Shown here piece after piece: positions 19,088 to 29,607 of a DNA stretch of 45,586 bases (positions are counted from its first letter, which is position 1; each line of letters opens with the position of its first letter). The translations under genes and the position numbers were made by a program. Where the stretch lies: assembly GCA_043732185.1 (NCBI GenBank), contig JAYTHY010000004.1, forward strand, positions 1 to 45,586, given 5' to 3'. The notes beneath the pieces are model-generated. The model did no database searches. It was not told the origin of the DNA and saw nothing but the letters and a program-made list of their open reading frames with translations. The stretch comes from Fibrobacteria bacterium. Its GTDB lineage: Bacteria > Fibrobacterota > Fibrobacteria > UBA11236.

Positions 19088-20053
19088 CTAGTGTTCCGGT
19101 TTGGATTTTCTCGAATGCAGGTGGACATTGCGCCAGAAATGAATTGCATCTCTCAAGCCTTCTTTTTTAGCCAGATTGAGAAGATCCAAAAGGGAATGGG
19201 TCAAGCTCAAGGTTTGATCATACAGTTCTCGCTGCATCAGCAGGCGACCCGGTCCAGTTGTCGTGTCCTGGGCTTTGATCATAATTTTCTCTATGGCGTT
19301 CAGAAGCAGGGTTGACTGTACGGATAACCTGGCCAGTTGCTCCAGGGATCGATTGGCGCGAAGCACCATGGTATCCGTATTGGCAGAAACGGTTTGGCTG
19401 AAACGGTTGATTTGATTTCCCGCAGCGGCCAACCGATTCAATTCCGATTCTGTTTCGACTTGTAAAAGTTCTAACTCGCCCGTGAAGCGGCTGAAATCCT
19501 CTAACATCGGATACACCTGGGTTGCCAACAGTTGCTGCAGGGATGGGGTGGTATCATTGCCGTGTTCTAGCCGATTGGCCAGCTTCTGATACTCGGTCAC
19601 CGTTTTTAACAAACCGCCAACCATGTGGATGGTTTCTGTGACACCGGTGCTGAAGTCGCCTTGTTGGGCTTGAGTTTGATCCATCGGTTCGGTCGATTGA
19701 CCCATAACTACGATGATCATCCGCGCCCCGAATAGGCTGTAATTGTAATTGATAAACCTCGTGTCCTTGGGAAATGTCATGTGCTTGTAAATCTCCAAAG
19801 TGGCAATAGCCGTACCGACTCCAGGTTCGATATGGTCAACCCGTCCAATCTCCACGCCCTGCAATTTGACCGGATCATCATTCATCAGGGTGCCTACGGT
19901 GGGAAAGTTGACCTTGACTCGGTTGTGGGGGAAGAGCAGTCCCTGTCGTAAAGTCAATACAAGCATAAGCATTCCAGCCAGGAGAGCCAGGATAACCAAG
20001 TAGCCGGTGATGCGGGCGGTATTTTCCAAGTTGTTCGGGCCCATTGTTGTCAA
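19088..20053 (-). CDS. MlaD/MCE family protein
   Basis: N-terminal TM helix, F..VGTL...DPVKLQGVEIGRV MCE motif, long helical C-terminus with GPGRLL..RELY. Confidence 0.85.
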   Translation of the reverse strand: MTTMGPNNLENTARITGYLVILALLAGMLMLVLTLRQGLLFPHNRVKVNFPTVGTLMNDDPVKLQGVEIGRVDHIEPGVGTAIATLEIYKHMTFPKDTRFINYNYSLFGARMIIVVMGQSTEPMDQTQAQQGDFSTGVTETIHMVGGLLKTVTEYQKLANRLEHGNDTTPSLQQLLATQVYPMLEDFSRFTGELELLQVETESELNRLAAAGNQINRFSQTVSANTDTMVLRANRSLEQLARLSVQSTLLLNAIEKIMIKAQDTTTGPGRLLMQRELYDQTLSLTHSLLDLLNLAKKEGLRDAIHFWRNVHLHSRKSKPEH

Positions 20054-20129
20054 AGTTAATCATACGATCGATAGGTTTGGGAATGCATGCCTCAAGGAAA
20101 GCCAGAGGGTCAGTTTGTACATTTGTAGC

Positions 20130-21221
20130 ATGACATTTCCATCCATACTGCTTAAAAGCTTGGGTCTCTTGCTTGTGCTTTGCTTAGTCTATGCCTGCGA
20201 CGGGTCCCGACAGGTACGGGAAGCACCTCTGCCTGCTTCCCAACAGGGTGTAACCTTGCAAGCTTTTGAGCCACCTGAAGTGCTGGAACAAATAGGGGAA
20301 TGGTACCCGGGCGATTGGCGACTGCATTTTTTTCGGGCGCTGCTGGATACGTCGCATGTGGGCCGTCTGGCGGAATTGCATATTGCCGACAGCCTGAAGC
20401 CGCAGGAACCGATTATCGCCTATCAATTGAGCCTGGCTTACCTCGAACAGGATTCCTTGTCTGAAGTGAAATTGGCACGGCCCTATCTTGAAAAGGCCCT
20501 GGCACTGGACCCGGAAAACGGGGTACTGCGTGTCATGCTGGCGTATAGTTTTTTACAGGCGGATGAGGTGCCAAAAGCCCGCGCTCTATTCATGGATCCG
20601 CGGCGCGTACCCGGCGGCGACTTTTATTATCCTCGTATGGAAGAATTGCTGCTGGGGCTTCTAAGCAGCACCGGCCACTTGAATCCCTATACGCTAACGG
20701 AAGGACTGGAGATTTATCGGCGCATTCCTTTTCCCCCATTCGAGAAGTGGATCAATATTCTGTATTCGGTCTTTTTGTCTCCGCTGGCTGAACATCCCTA
20801 TGATATTCGTATTAGGGGACGGGATGCCGCCCGCAGTTTATATATGCTGGGAAAACGCCTACGTGTGCAATCGTATGCGGGCCAGCGGGTGCTCTCTACG
20901 GGCTATGAACAACGGGTGCTCGGCTTTATGTTCCAACTTAAGGCGGCGGAATTCCAAACATTGTTCTATCAGACTTTTCAGGATTCCTTAGGCGCTGAAA
21001 ATGCATTTAATGGTCTGGTAGAAGCCCAAAAGGAATATGAGGTGTTTCAAGCTGGGCAACCGTGGAAGGATTCGGTGTCTGATGCCTATTTGGATCAGTG
21101 GAGTACGTTGATTAAAAAAAATCCCAGCATGAAATTATCGGAAGCGGTTGTGCAGGCCCATGGTTGGGGATTGTGGCGTAGGACTGCGGTCTTTCGGTAT
21201 CCGGCAGGAGATGATCTGTAG
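20130..21221 (+). CDS. TPR-like lipoprotein
   Basis: Lipobox LVYAC after a hydrophobic stretch; YLEKALALDPEN TPR motif. Start 20130 (ORF track 20007). Confidence 0.7.
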   Translation: MTFPSILLKSLGLLLVLCLVYACDGSRQVREAPLPASQQGVTLQAFEPPEVLEQIGEWYPGDWRLHFFRALLDTSHVGRLAELHIADSLKPQEPIIAYQLSLAYLEQDSLSEVKLARPYLEKALALDPENGVLRVMLAYSFLQADEVPKARALFMDPRRVPGGDFYYPRMEELLLGLLSSTGHLNPYTLTEGLEIYRRIPFPPFEKWINILYSVFLSPLAEHPYDIRIRGRDAARSLYMLGKRLRVQSYAGQRVLSTGYEQRVLGFMFQLKAAEFQTLFYQTFQDSLGAENAFNGLVEAQKEYEVFQAGQPWKDSVSDAYLDQWSTLIKKNPSMKLSEAVVQAHGWGLWRRTAVFRYPAGDDL

Positions 21222-21238
21222 CATCACGGTTGGCTGCT

Positions 21239-22420
21239 TCAAACCGAGGTGCGATTGAATTTCAAAATCGAAAAAGTGTAAACCGTTACCCCCAGGCCCA
21301 CCATCGCCAAGCCTTCTTGCCAAAGATCCGCAAAGCCAGAACCTTTCAAGAACATTTCTCTCAGCACATACATGAAGTAACGCACAGGATTCAGGTATGT
21401 TACCATCTGCACCCAATGCGGCATGTTTTCGACGGGCATGAAAAATCCGGACAGCAACATAAAGAACAGCAGGAAAAACCAGATGATGAACAAGGCTTGT
21501 TGCTGCGTGCGGGCTACTGTTGAGGTAAAAATTCCTATCCCCAGGGTGGAAAGCATATAGGCCGCTGAAAAGACGAACAGTACCAAATAGTTTCCACGAA
21601 AGGGTACCTTGAACCATACCTGGGCCATGGTCAAGGCCAGCATCAATTCTAGCAGTCCGATCAAAAAGAACGGCACGGTTTTGCCTACTACCACGTGGAT
21701 GGGTTTGATTGGCGTGACCATGAGTTGCTCCAAAGTTCCCGCTTCTTTTTCTTTTACAATCGAGAAGCCAGTCAATAGGGCCGTGACCATGGTGACCAAA
21801 ATAACGGCGACACCTGGAATCATATACCAGGTGGATTTGAGCAGCGGATTGAAAAGCACGGTCGTGTCCACGGAAAGCGGTAGAACTTGATCGAGCCTTA
21901 TGCCGGAACCTTCCAATCGTCCACGCAGCCAGTCCATGGCCCATCGGTTGAGGATGGCGCTTAAATAACCTCGGGCCACACCGGAGGAATTGGCATCCTG
22001 GCCATCCACCCAAAGTTGGATTTTGCCACCGCCTTTGGGACCGATACCGAGTGTGCTTCGGCCACCTTCAACGGGTTGCAAGCGGGTCGCCATCTCCAGG
22101 TCACGGGTAAAATTTGTGGGAAGGATAAGTCCCACTTTAATTTTTCCCGCGTCCAGCATTTCCCGTAAATCCGCCTCCGAAGTCGCGTAGCCTTTAAAAG
22201 TAAACAGTGCATTTGCTGACACGGCTTGAACCAGGGACTTGCTGCGTGGACCTCCATCGTGGTCGACCACGGCGATGGGCGTATGCTTAACCTCCGTGGT
22301 CAAGGCATACCCAAGCACCAACATCTGAATCAGGGGAACCATGAACATCAGCCTTATGCTTGTCTTGTCCCTGAATATTTGCTGGAACTCTTTGCGGACG
22401 ATAATGGCGAGCAGGTTCAT
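21239..22420 (-). CDS. ABC-2 exporter permease (YbhR-like)
   Basis: KEFQQIFRD, KEKEAGTLEQLMVTPI and LSGFFMPVENMP motifs. Confidence 0.92.
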   Translation of the reverse strand: MNLLAIIVRKEFQQIFRDKTSIRLMFMVPLIQMLVLGYALTTEVKHTPIAVVDHDGGPRSKSLVQAVSANALFTFKGYATSEADLREMLDAGKIKVGLILPTNFTRDLEMATRLQPVEGGRSTLGIGPKGGGKIQLWVDGQDANSSGVARGYLSAILNRWAMDWLRGRLEGSGIRLDQVLPLSVDTTVLFNPLLKSTWYMIPGVAVILVTMVTALLTGFSIVKEKEAGTLEQLMVTPIKPIHVVVGKTVPFFLIGLLELMLALTMAQVWFKVPFRGNYLVLFVFSAAYMLSTLGIGIFTSTVARTQQQALFIIWFFLLFFMLLSGFFMPVENMPHWVQMVTYLNPVRYFMYVLREMFLKGSGFADLWQEGLAMVGLGVTVYTFSILKFNRTSV

Positions 22421-23523
22421 AGTTTGACCTTGAACTTACGAATGGAAATGGCCATGAGCACGGTTCCCTGCACGCCCAAGATGACTAAGGGATGCCACAG
22501 TTCCCGAAGCCCCACGCCTTTTAGGATGATGCCGCGTACAATTTCGAGGAAATACGTGGCGGGAATAATGCTGGAAATAATTTGCAAGGGTTTGGGCATG
22601 CTGGCCACCGGAAAAATAAATCCGGAAAGCAGAACGGTGGGCATCATTGTAGCGCCCACGGCCATGAACATGGCGTGTTGTTGACGCTTGGCGATGGTGC
22701 TGATTAAAAGGCCGATACTGAGGGCCGTAAAAACATAGACCAGACTGCAAAGGGCTAATAGCCATGAGCTGCCCGCCACGGAGACTCCAAAAACCAATCG
22801 GCCGACCAGCATGATAAGAAACCCATCAAAGGCTGCCAAAAAAATATACGGAAGCAGTTTCCCAACGATGATTTCCAGCGGACCAAGCGGCGAAACCAAA
22901 AGCTGACCCATGGTGCCCAGTTCCTTTTCGCGGGCGATGGCTACGGAGGTGAGTAACGCGGAAATCATAAGGAGAATGACGGCCATTAGTCCGGGCACAA
23001 AAAATAGGGCGCTGCGTTGCTCGGGATTGTAAAGAACCAGGCTGCGCACATCCAACACTTTCGGCTGATCGACCTTGAGTACTTGCAAGGTGGCTCCAAG
23101 TAGCATCGGTTCCACAGCATTACGAATCAACGTTCCCATATTGGGATCCGAACCATCGACCAAGACCTGCACACGGGCACCGCCGGACTGATGTAAATCT
23201 TCCGAAAAGCCTGCGGGAAAGCGGATAAAGGCATGGATGCTGCGACTTTTGAGAATCTCGGAGGGATCGCCCGCATGTGTTACTGTACGCACAACCTTGA
23301 AAAGTTGGCTGGCGTCGATTTTTTCGACTATGGTACGACTTTCAGGCGTGGGGTTGGGCAACTCCACAACCACGGCGATATCCCGTGTATCCGTATTGAG
23401 CGCGTACCCGTATAGGAACATCATCATCACCGGCATAATGAGCACGACCACCAAAGTTTGCCAATCGCGGAAGATATGACGCACTTCTTTGAGCGCAATG
23501 GATCGCAGGCGGCGCAGGTTCAT
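22417..23523 (-). CDS. ABC-2 exporter permease (YbhS-like)
   Basis: KEVRHIFRD, REKELGTMGQLLVSP and LSGFIFPVASMP motifs. ATG 23523 overlaps the upstream stop. Confidence 0.92.
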   Translation of the reverse strand: MNLRRLRSIALKEVRHIFRDWQTLVVVLIMPVMMMFLYGYALNTDTRDIAVVVELPNPTPESRTIVEKIDASQLFKVVRTVTHAGDPSEILKSRSIHAFIRFPAGFSEDLHQSGGARVQVLVDGSDPNMGTLIRNAVEPMLLGATLQVLKVDQPKVLDVRSLVLYNPEQRSALFFVPGLMAVILLMISALLTSVAIAREKELGTMGQLLVSPLGPLEIIVGKLLPYIFLAAFDGFLIMLVGRLVFGVSVAGSSWLLALCSLVYVFTALSIGLLISTIAKRQQHAMFMAVGATMMPTVLLSGFIFPVASMPKPLQIISSIIPATYFLEIVRGIILKGVGLRELWHPLVILGVQGTVLMAISIRKFKVKL

Positions 23524-24269
23524 GCTGCGGTACCCGTCTTGGGAGGGGTTTCCATCAATTTTAAAAACAAAGCATGTAGCGTAGGACAATTGTATTCGCG
23601 TTTAAGATCCCGTGGCGTACCCATCGCCGCAATTCGGCCTTCGATCATGATGGACAAACGATGACAGTATTCCACTTCGTCCATATAATGCGAGGTGATG
23701 AAAATGGTGGTTCCTTGCGCGGAGAGCTTGTGAATAAGATCCCAAAAATTTCTACGACTGACGGGATCGACAGAACCGGTGGGTTCGTCTAGAAAAAGAA
23801 TTTCCGGTCGGTGGAGATTGGCACATGCCAGGCTGAGTCGTTGCTGCCAGCCCCAGGGAAGCGCACCGGTGATGCGATTGAGCAAGGGTGTTAAGGCAAG
23901 AAAATCGGCCATCTCCGCAATCCGACTCCGCAAATCGGATTTGTTCAGGCCATAGAGTCCCCCGTACAGACGTAAATTCTGAACTACGCTGAGATCCGGG
24001 TACAGGGAAAATTTTTGCGACATGTATCCGATGCGGGTACGGATTTGGGCGCTTTCCTTGAGGATATCGAAACCGGCCACAGTACCTTTTCCGGACGTGG
24101 GAAGGAGTAGGCCGCATAACATGCGAATGGCGGTGGTTTTCCCGGCGCCATTTGCGCCTAAAAATCCAAAAATTTCACCTTTGGCAACGGCTACATCGAT
24201 GTGATCGACAGCTAAAAAACTGCCGAACCGTTTGGTCAAAAGTGTGGTTTGAATGGAATACTCCATCAT
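23520..24269 (-). CDS. ABC transporter ATP-binding protein (YbhF-like half)
   Basis: GANGAGKTT, GYMSQKFSLY, degenerate signature LPWGWQQR, LDEPT. Confidence 0.92.
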   Translation of the reverse strand: MMEYSIQTTLLTKRFGSFLAVDHIDVAVAKGEIFGFLGANGAGKTTAIRMLCGLLLPTSGKGTVAGFDILKESAQIRTRIGYMSQKFSLYPDLSVVQNLRLYGGLYGLNKSDLRSRIAEMADFLALTPLLNRITGALPWGWQQRLSLACANLHRPEILFLDEPTGSVDPVSRRNFWDLIHKLSAQGTTIFITSHYMDEVEYCHRLSIMIEGRIAAMGTPRDLKREYNCPTLHALFLKLMETPPKTGTAA

Positions 24270-25306
24270 GCTTGCCGGGTTGCGGAGTGTTCATGCAGTA
24301 TGGCGAAGAAACAATCCTCCATAGTGGGTGAAATGAGAGTGGCCTGTGCGGCTCCAGGCACGGATGGCGCGATACTGGCTAATGCGGCGGTGGTTTGCTG
24401 TGTGATATGGAATGGATCGCTGCTTTTCGCCTCCGAGGGCGCAGTGATTTTTTCAGCTGCATGCAACGCACCACTTGAGGGATACACCAATTCGAAACCT
24501 GGGGGAGGTGGGCGGTCACCGGGATAGGTTAGGGTGGTGTGGCCAAGGGAATGGTCTGCGTCGGAATTCGATTCCGCTGCATCGATGCGGTATAAACGAT
24601 ACGGGTACTCGTCCAAAAGTTTGGATGGCGCGCCTTGGGCCAGAATGGATCCTTCATGGAGGAGAATGAGTTGATCGCAAAGCGCCGCTTCGTCCATATA
24701 AGGTGTGGAAATAACCATGGTGATTCCACTGGCTCGCAGGGATTTAAGCATGGTCCAAAAGTCACGGCGCGCAACCGGGTCCACGCCAACCGTGGGCTCA
24801 TCCAAAAGCAGTAAACGTGGCTGATGGATTAGCGTGCAGGCCAAAGCCAGTTTTTGTTTCATTCCGCCTGATAGCAGTCCCGCCCGTCGCTGACGAAACG
24901 GTTGCAACCCCGCAAAGTCCAGCAGCTGTTCCATGCGCGCAATTTTTTCCTGGCCGGTAATGCCGAAAATATCGGCAAAAAAATCCAGGTTTTCGAGCAC
25001 GGAAAGATCCTGGTAAAGGGAAAAACGCTGAGGCATATATCCGATGTGTGCGCGAATATGCGTGAACTGCCGGGCCAGATCGAAAGTCAGCATGGTGACC
25101 TGTCCACTATCGGGATCCGATAAAGTGGCCAGGATATTCATCAAGGTGGATTTTCCTGCACCATCCGCGCCGATGATTCCAAAAAGACAGGGATCGGGGA
25201 CGACCATGTTGAGGCCGCGGAGCGCTTTTTCCCCCGCATGGTCCTTGGCAAGATCCTTTATTTCAATGGCGTTGGGCATGCGGGGTGGGGAAAGGTTTAT
25301 TTCCAA
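24266..25306 (-). CDS. ABC transporter ATP-binding protein (YbhF-like half)
   Basis: GADGAGKST, LSGGMKQKL, LDEPTVGVDP. Start may be ATG 25279. Confidence 0.92.
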   Translation of the reverse strand: MEINLSPPRMPNAIEIKDLAKDHAGEKALRGLNMVVPDPCLFGIIGADGAGKSTLMNILATLSDPDSGQVTMLTFDLARQFTHIRAHIGYMPQRFSLYQDLSVLENLDFFADIFGITGQEKIARMEQLLDFAGLQPFRQRRAGLLSGGMKQKLALACTLIHQPRLLLLDEPTVGVDPVARRDFWTMLKSLRASGITMVISTPYMDEAALCDQLILLHEGSILAQGAPSKLLDEYPYRLYRIDAAESNSDADHSLGHTTLTYPGDRPPPPGFELVYPSSGALHAAEKITAPSEAKSSDPFHITQQTTAALASIAPSVPGAAQATLISPTMEDCFFAILHEHSATRQA

Positions 25307-26232
25307 ACTTCCACGGGCAGACCTCGCTTGAGCATGCCATCCTTATTGGCCGCTAATGCGCGGATACGGAATACCAATTCATTCCTGCTTTCGCGGGTTT
25401 GGATATTCTTTGGGGAGAACTCGGCTTCATTACCAATCCAGCTGATGGTTGCGGGCAGAAAAACCGCACTGCTTTTTCCACCTTCCATATCCAGTCGCAA
25501 ACGAACTGCCTGACCATACTTTAGGCTAGCAAGCCAAGTTTGTGGAACGAAAAAATCCACCTGCAAAGTGTCTTCGCGTCCCATTTCATACACGGGTTGA
25601 CCCGGGGCCGCCACTTCATCCTGATTCTTATAGCGAGTTAGAATGCGACCCGAGGCTGGGGCGCGTAGGTAACAGCGATGTATCTGCTCCCGGATCTGAT
25701 CCGTTTTCGCATGCAGGCCCTGCTCTTTTCCCTGAAGACTGGCCTGCATATCCCGAGCTGCGGAAAGCTTCAAACGCGCCGTTTCTAAACCCGAGGCGAG
25801 TTTATCATCCTGCTGCTGCGGCAAGGAACCTTCTTTGACGAGCGGGGCAATACGGGCATAATCGCGTTCCAGTCCCCTGATTTCAGACATGGCAGCCTTG
25901 ATTTCATTTTCCTTGGCGCGCATTCCGGCCTTAAGTTCGGTCAAGGCGCCATCCACTTCTTGTAATTGCAGAATAAAATTAGTGCTGTCCACTACTGCCA
26001 GCAGTTCACTCGCAATCACTGCCTGTCCTTCATCCTTATTAACGGCCATTAGACGACCCTGTACCAGAGACGTGACTTGATAGGTTTGCGCCTCTACACT
26101 AGCGGAACCGATAAATTCCGGATCAACTTTACCGGAACAACCCAGCATGGATACTATTGCCCCAAGCGCTAAGCAGGTTTTTAGTCTCCAATGTGTAAAA
26201 TCTCTCGCGACGATCGTATTGTAGTTTTTCAT
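25297..26232 (-). CDS. HlyD-family periplasmic adaptor (YbhG-like) lipoprotein
   Basis: MLGC lipobox, LRAPASG and AEFSPKNIQTRESR..LVF motifs. Start ATG 26232 just after the TolC stop. Confidence 0.9.
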   Translation of the reverse strand: MKNYNTIVARDFTHWRLKTCLALGAIVSMLGCSGKVDPEFIGSASVEAQTYQVTSLVQGRLMAVNKDEGQAVIASELLAVVDSTNFILQLQEVDGALTELKAGMRAKENEIKAAMSEIRGLERDYARIAPLVKEGSLPQQQDDKLASGLETARLKLSAARDMQASLQGKEQGLHAKTDQIREQIHRCYLRAPASGRILTRYKNQDEVAAPGQPVYEMGREDTLQVDFFVPQTWLASLKYGQAVRLRLDMEGGKSSAVFLPATISWIGNEAEFSPKNIQTRESRNELVFRIRALAANKDGMLKRGLPVEVWK

Positions 26233-26233
26233 T

Positions 26234-27574
26234 TCAGTATCGCAAATCCTTTCCAGCGGCATATCTCCATTGTAGGAGTGCCAGCCGTTGCATAGTCCTG
26301 GCCTGGGCCATTTGCATTTCCGCGCGGGCAGCTTGATTGCGCGCTTCCAGCCAATCCAGGCCTGTTGCAAGACCCACTTCAAATTGGCGCTTGAGATCCT
26401 TCGCGGACGCTTCTGCAGCATCCTTGGATGCCTTGGCTGCTTGGAATTGAAGGTCCCAACGGGAATACTGAACTTGTGCCTGCTTTTCTGTCTTCCACCA
26501 ATCGCTTTGTAATTTACGCTTTTGTTCTTGCAGCACTCGGCCTTGGATTTCCAGTTGCTGACGCTGGGAGCGATTTTTGGATCCATCAAAAAGGTTCCAC
26601 TTCAGTTGCAGTCCAAATATCCCATATTGCATAAAGGCATCGTCGGTCATATTCATACCGGGATTGGCAAATCGATATCCGGCGAGGCCATATAGCTGAG
26701 GATATTTTTGTCCGATTAGCGCTTGCTGACTATAACGGGTTTGTGCAGTAGCGTGATCCAAGGCGATTGTTTCAACATGCTCTCCTTTAGCTTCACTGAT
26801 GTAACCCGGCAATTCCCAGTCAGGCCGCTCCAGGGCATTGGAATCTGGCTCCGCATCCACGGACGTTTTAAACGCTGTCGTATCCGGTGATCCTAGAAAA
26901 TCGAGTAATTCGAAGCCCAGGGAATCCCGTGTGTTTCGGGCGGAAAGCAACTCCACCTCCGCTGCCTTGGATTTCGCTGCGGCCCATAGTGCCCGACTGC
27001 GCACACCGGTTCCGGCGGCAACGAAATCCTGCAATTGCTTTTCTAAAACCTGGGAATGTTCCAGGATTTTTTCTTGATACTCCGTTTGCAGTTGCGACAT
27101 CTGCCAGGCATAATACAGCGCAGCGAGTTTCAAAGAAACCTGATTGCGGGCACCCTGCCAGACTGCTTTTTTGGACAGCACGGCTTCCTGCTTGGCTTGC
27201 TGATTCTTGCCCCTTGTGAAACCGGTAAAAATGGGGTAGGTGGCGTCCAGTCCTAGATCGAGCTTGTCATGATCGCCAAGTTCTCTATCGAATGTGGTGC
27301 CACCGGGGGCTGGAAAAGGCAAGGTGAGTTTCAGGTGGCTGGTCTCGGTGGTATAGGCATAATTTCCAATGGCATCCACAGAAGGGAGCCATGCGGCTTT
27401 GGATTCCTGTAACTGACTTTCGGAACGGTCAATTTCCAATTGTAAAATGGACAGATCGGGATTGTGTTTAAATATGATTTCCTGCGCCTCATGCAAGGTC
27501 AGGGCTGGGACAGGAAGGACGGAGAATAGGGTGAATGCCGCCCCAAAAATTACTAAGCCGGTGGGAAGATTCAT
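26234..27574 (-). CDS. TolC family outer-membrane efflux protein
   Basis: HNPDL, LPSVDA, PIFTGF, WNLFDG and FEVGLATGLDWLEA motifs. Probable start 27574 (ORF track 27646). Confidence 0.9.
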   Translation of the reverse strand: MNLPTGLVIFGAAFTLFSVLPVPALTLHEAQEIIFKHNPDLSILQLEIDRSESQLQESKAAWLPSVDAIGNYAYTTETSHLKLTLPFPAPGGTTFDRELGDHDKLDLGLDATYPIFTGFTRGKNQQAKQEAVLSKKAVWQGARNQVSLKLAALYYAWQMSQLQTEYQEKILEHSQVLEKQLQDFVAAGTGVRSRALWAAAKSKAAEVELLSARNTRDSLGFELLDFLGSPDTTAFKTSVDAEPDSNALERPDWELPGYISEAKGEHVETIALDHATAQTRYSQQALIGQKYPQLYGLAGYRFANPGMNMTDDAFMQYGIFGLQLKWNLFDGSKNRSQRQQLEIQGRVLQEQKRKLQSDWWKTEKQAQVQYSRWDLQFQAAKASKDAAEASAKDLKRQFEVGLATGLDWLEARNQAARAEMQMAQARTMQRLALLQWRYAAGKDLRY

Positions 27575-27726
27575 TTTAACGTGTTCCCTCACTTTGCGTA
27601 TAAACGTAGCAAATTGCGATTTTGCAGTTGAGATAAGAAATTCCATATGGATATTGAGACAAGGGCCATCAAATGGGCTATTTTTAAAGGTCCATACCTA
27701 TTCACGGATTAGTCGGGTCAATCACT

Positions 27727-29607
27727 ATGCAGAATTCTATTTCCACATCTTCTCCACTCCAATATACCGCGGATCGTTTTAACCCAAAACGTCGGCACAC
27801 TCTTAAAGTAAGGGTCGGAAACCGTTATATCGGAGGAGATGCGCCCATCTTGATCCAAAGTATGACGACGACCAATACAAAAGACATCGATGCTACCGTT
27901 TTCCAAACTTTGGAATTGGCGCGGGCGGGTTGTGAGTTGGTGCGCATTACTGCGCCTACGCAAAAGGACTCCGAATGCCTTAAGGAAATTATGGAAAAGG
28001 TGCGGGCTGCGGGTTGCGACGTCCCCGTTTCTGCGGATATTCATTTTCAACCACGCGCTGCCATAGAAGCCGTAAAGTGGGTGGAAAAGGTTCGCATTAA
28101 TCCCGGCAATTTTGTGGACTCCAAATCCGCTACCATGCGTGAATACGATGATCAAACCTTTGCCTCGGGAGTCCAAAAGGTGTACGATGCCTTTTCGCCT
28201 TTGGTGAAAATGGCCAAGGACCGGGGCGTTTGCCTACGTATTGGAACCAATCACGGTTCCCTGTCTGATCGCATTATGTGGAAATATGGGGATACCATTG
28301 AGGGCATGGTTGAATCGGCATTGGAATACCTCAAAGTCTGTGAAACGGAAAACTTTGAACAAATCGTTTTCAGTATGAAGTCTTCCAATCCACGCGTGGT
28401 GGTGGAAGCCTATCGATTGCTGGCAGCCCGTTTAGACAAAGACCATAAGCCGTATCCATTCCATATCGGCGTGACGGAAGCGGGAGATGGGGAAGACGGG
28501 CGGCTTAAGTCTTCTGTGGGAATAGGCGCATTACTGCTGGACGGAATCGGAGATACGGTGCGGGTATCCTTGACTGAAGATCCTATTCAGGAAATTCCTG
28601 TAGCCAAAACTTTAGTGAAACTTTGCGAGCTTGGGGAAATAGAAACCTGTCCTGCGTTGCCGGAAAGTTTAGACTATTACGCCTTTAATCGGAGACAGGT
28701 TAACCTTGTTCATTTGGGCAAACTCGCAATCGGTGGTCGTGAAAAACTAGCGGTGGGAACACTGGATCCCTTTGCCGAAGCCTTGCCAAAAGGGGATCGC
28801 CAAATCGAATTTATCACCACTAAGGATTCCCATGCGTTACGCGTTAACGTACCGACCATTTGGGAACCCTCCACGGTGGATTTTGCCATTGCCACCGGAC
28901 ACAATGCGGTTGCCTTGCTCAGCGGATACATCCTCAAAGGAATGAGTGATTTCCCTGAGCATTTGGAAATCAAAGTGGAGGACGTGTCGCACCTTGACCG
29001 CTTACCTATTGAACTATTTGATTTGCCTCAATTGTTTTGGTCCTGCATGCCTGCTCAGAATATGGTCGCCCGGTACCGGCACTTGGCGGCATGGCTGGCT
29101 CACAAAGGCCGTCCAGACCCAATTATCCTCCGCGGTAACAGTGATGGGACGCCTGAGGAAAATATGCAATTGGCGACGCAATTCGGATCCTTACTAGTAG
29201 ATGGAATCGGGGACATGTTGCTTGTCGGCGGTGCATCAGGCCCAAAAGAATGCATGCACTTGGCCTTTGATATTTTGCAGGCTGCGGGGGTTCGCAAAAC
29301 CAAACCGGAATATGTAGCCTGCCCCAGTTGTGGTCGTACTTTGTTTGATCTGCAAACCACCACACAAAAAATTCGTGCCCGTACCGCGCACCTAAAGAGT
29401 ATTTCCATCGCCATAATGGGTTGTATTGTGAACGGGCCTGGGGAAATGGCCGATGCCGATTTCGGCTATGTGGGTGGCGCTCCGAGCAAGGTCAATCTCT
29501 ACGTGGGCCGGGATTGTGTGCGCAAGAATATTCCGGAAGCCGAAGCGCCCGAGGCGTTAGTCCGTCTCATTAAAGACCATGGGCGATGGGTAGAGCCGGA
29601 AACTTGA
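27727..29607 (+). CDS. ispG: 4-hydroxy-3-methylbut-2-en-1-yl diphosphate synthase, long form
   Basis: IQSMTTT, ADIHF, RINPGN, RIGTNHGSL, HIGVTEAG, CPSCGR and MGCIVNGPGE motifs. Confidence 0.97.
   Translation: MQNSISTSSPLQYTADRFNPKRRHTLKVRVGNRYIGGDAPILIQSMTTTNTKDIDATVFQTLELARAGCELVRITAPTQKDSECLKEIMEKVRAAGCDVPVSADIHFQPRAAIEAVKWVEKVRINPGNFVDSKSATMREYDDQTFASGVQKVYDAFSPLVKMAKDRGVCLRIGTNHGSLSDRIMWKYGDTIEGMVESALEYLKVCETENFEQIVFSMKSSNPRVVVEAYRLLAARLDKDHKPYPFHIGVTEAGDGEDGRLKSSVGIGALLLDGIGDTVRVSLTEDPIQEIPVAKTLVKLCELGEIETCPALPESLDYYAFNRRQVNLVHLGKLAIGGREKLAVGTLDPFAEALPKGDRQIEFITTKDSHALRVNVPTIWEPSTVDFAIATGHNAVALLSGYILKGMSDFPEHLEIKVEDVSHLDRLPIELFDLPQLFWSCMPAQNMVARYRHLAAWLAHKGRPDPIILRGNSDGTPEENMQLATQFGSLLVDGIGDMLLVGGASGPKECMHLAFDILQAAGVRKTKPEYVACPSCGRTLFDLQTTTQKIRARTAHLKSISIAIMGCIVNGPGEMADADFGYVGGAPSKVNLYVGRDCVRKNIPEAEAPEALVRLIKDHGRWVEPET

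Noticed and set aside
21135..22013. 292-aa alternative-frame ORF, and similar shadow ORFs such as 32958-33698 and 12623-13192
   Set aside because: They overlap well-supported genes and show no recognisable motifs.
26233..26589. N-terminal extension of the HlyD ORF
   Set aside because: It lies inside the TolC gene. ATG 26232 directly after the TolC stop gives a proper lipoprotein signal.
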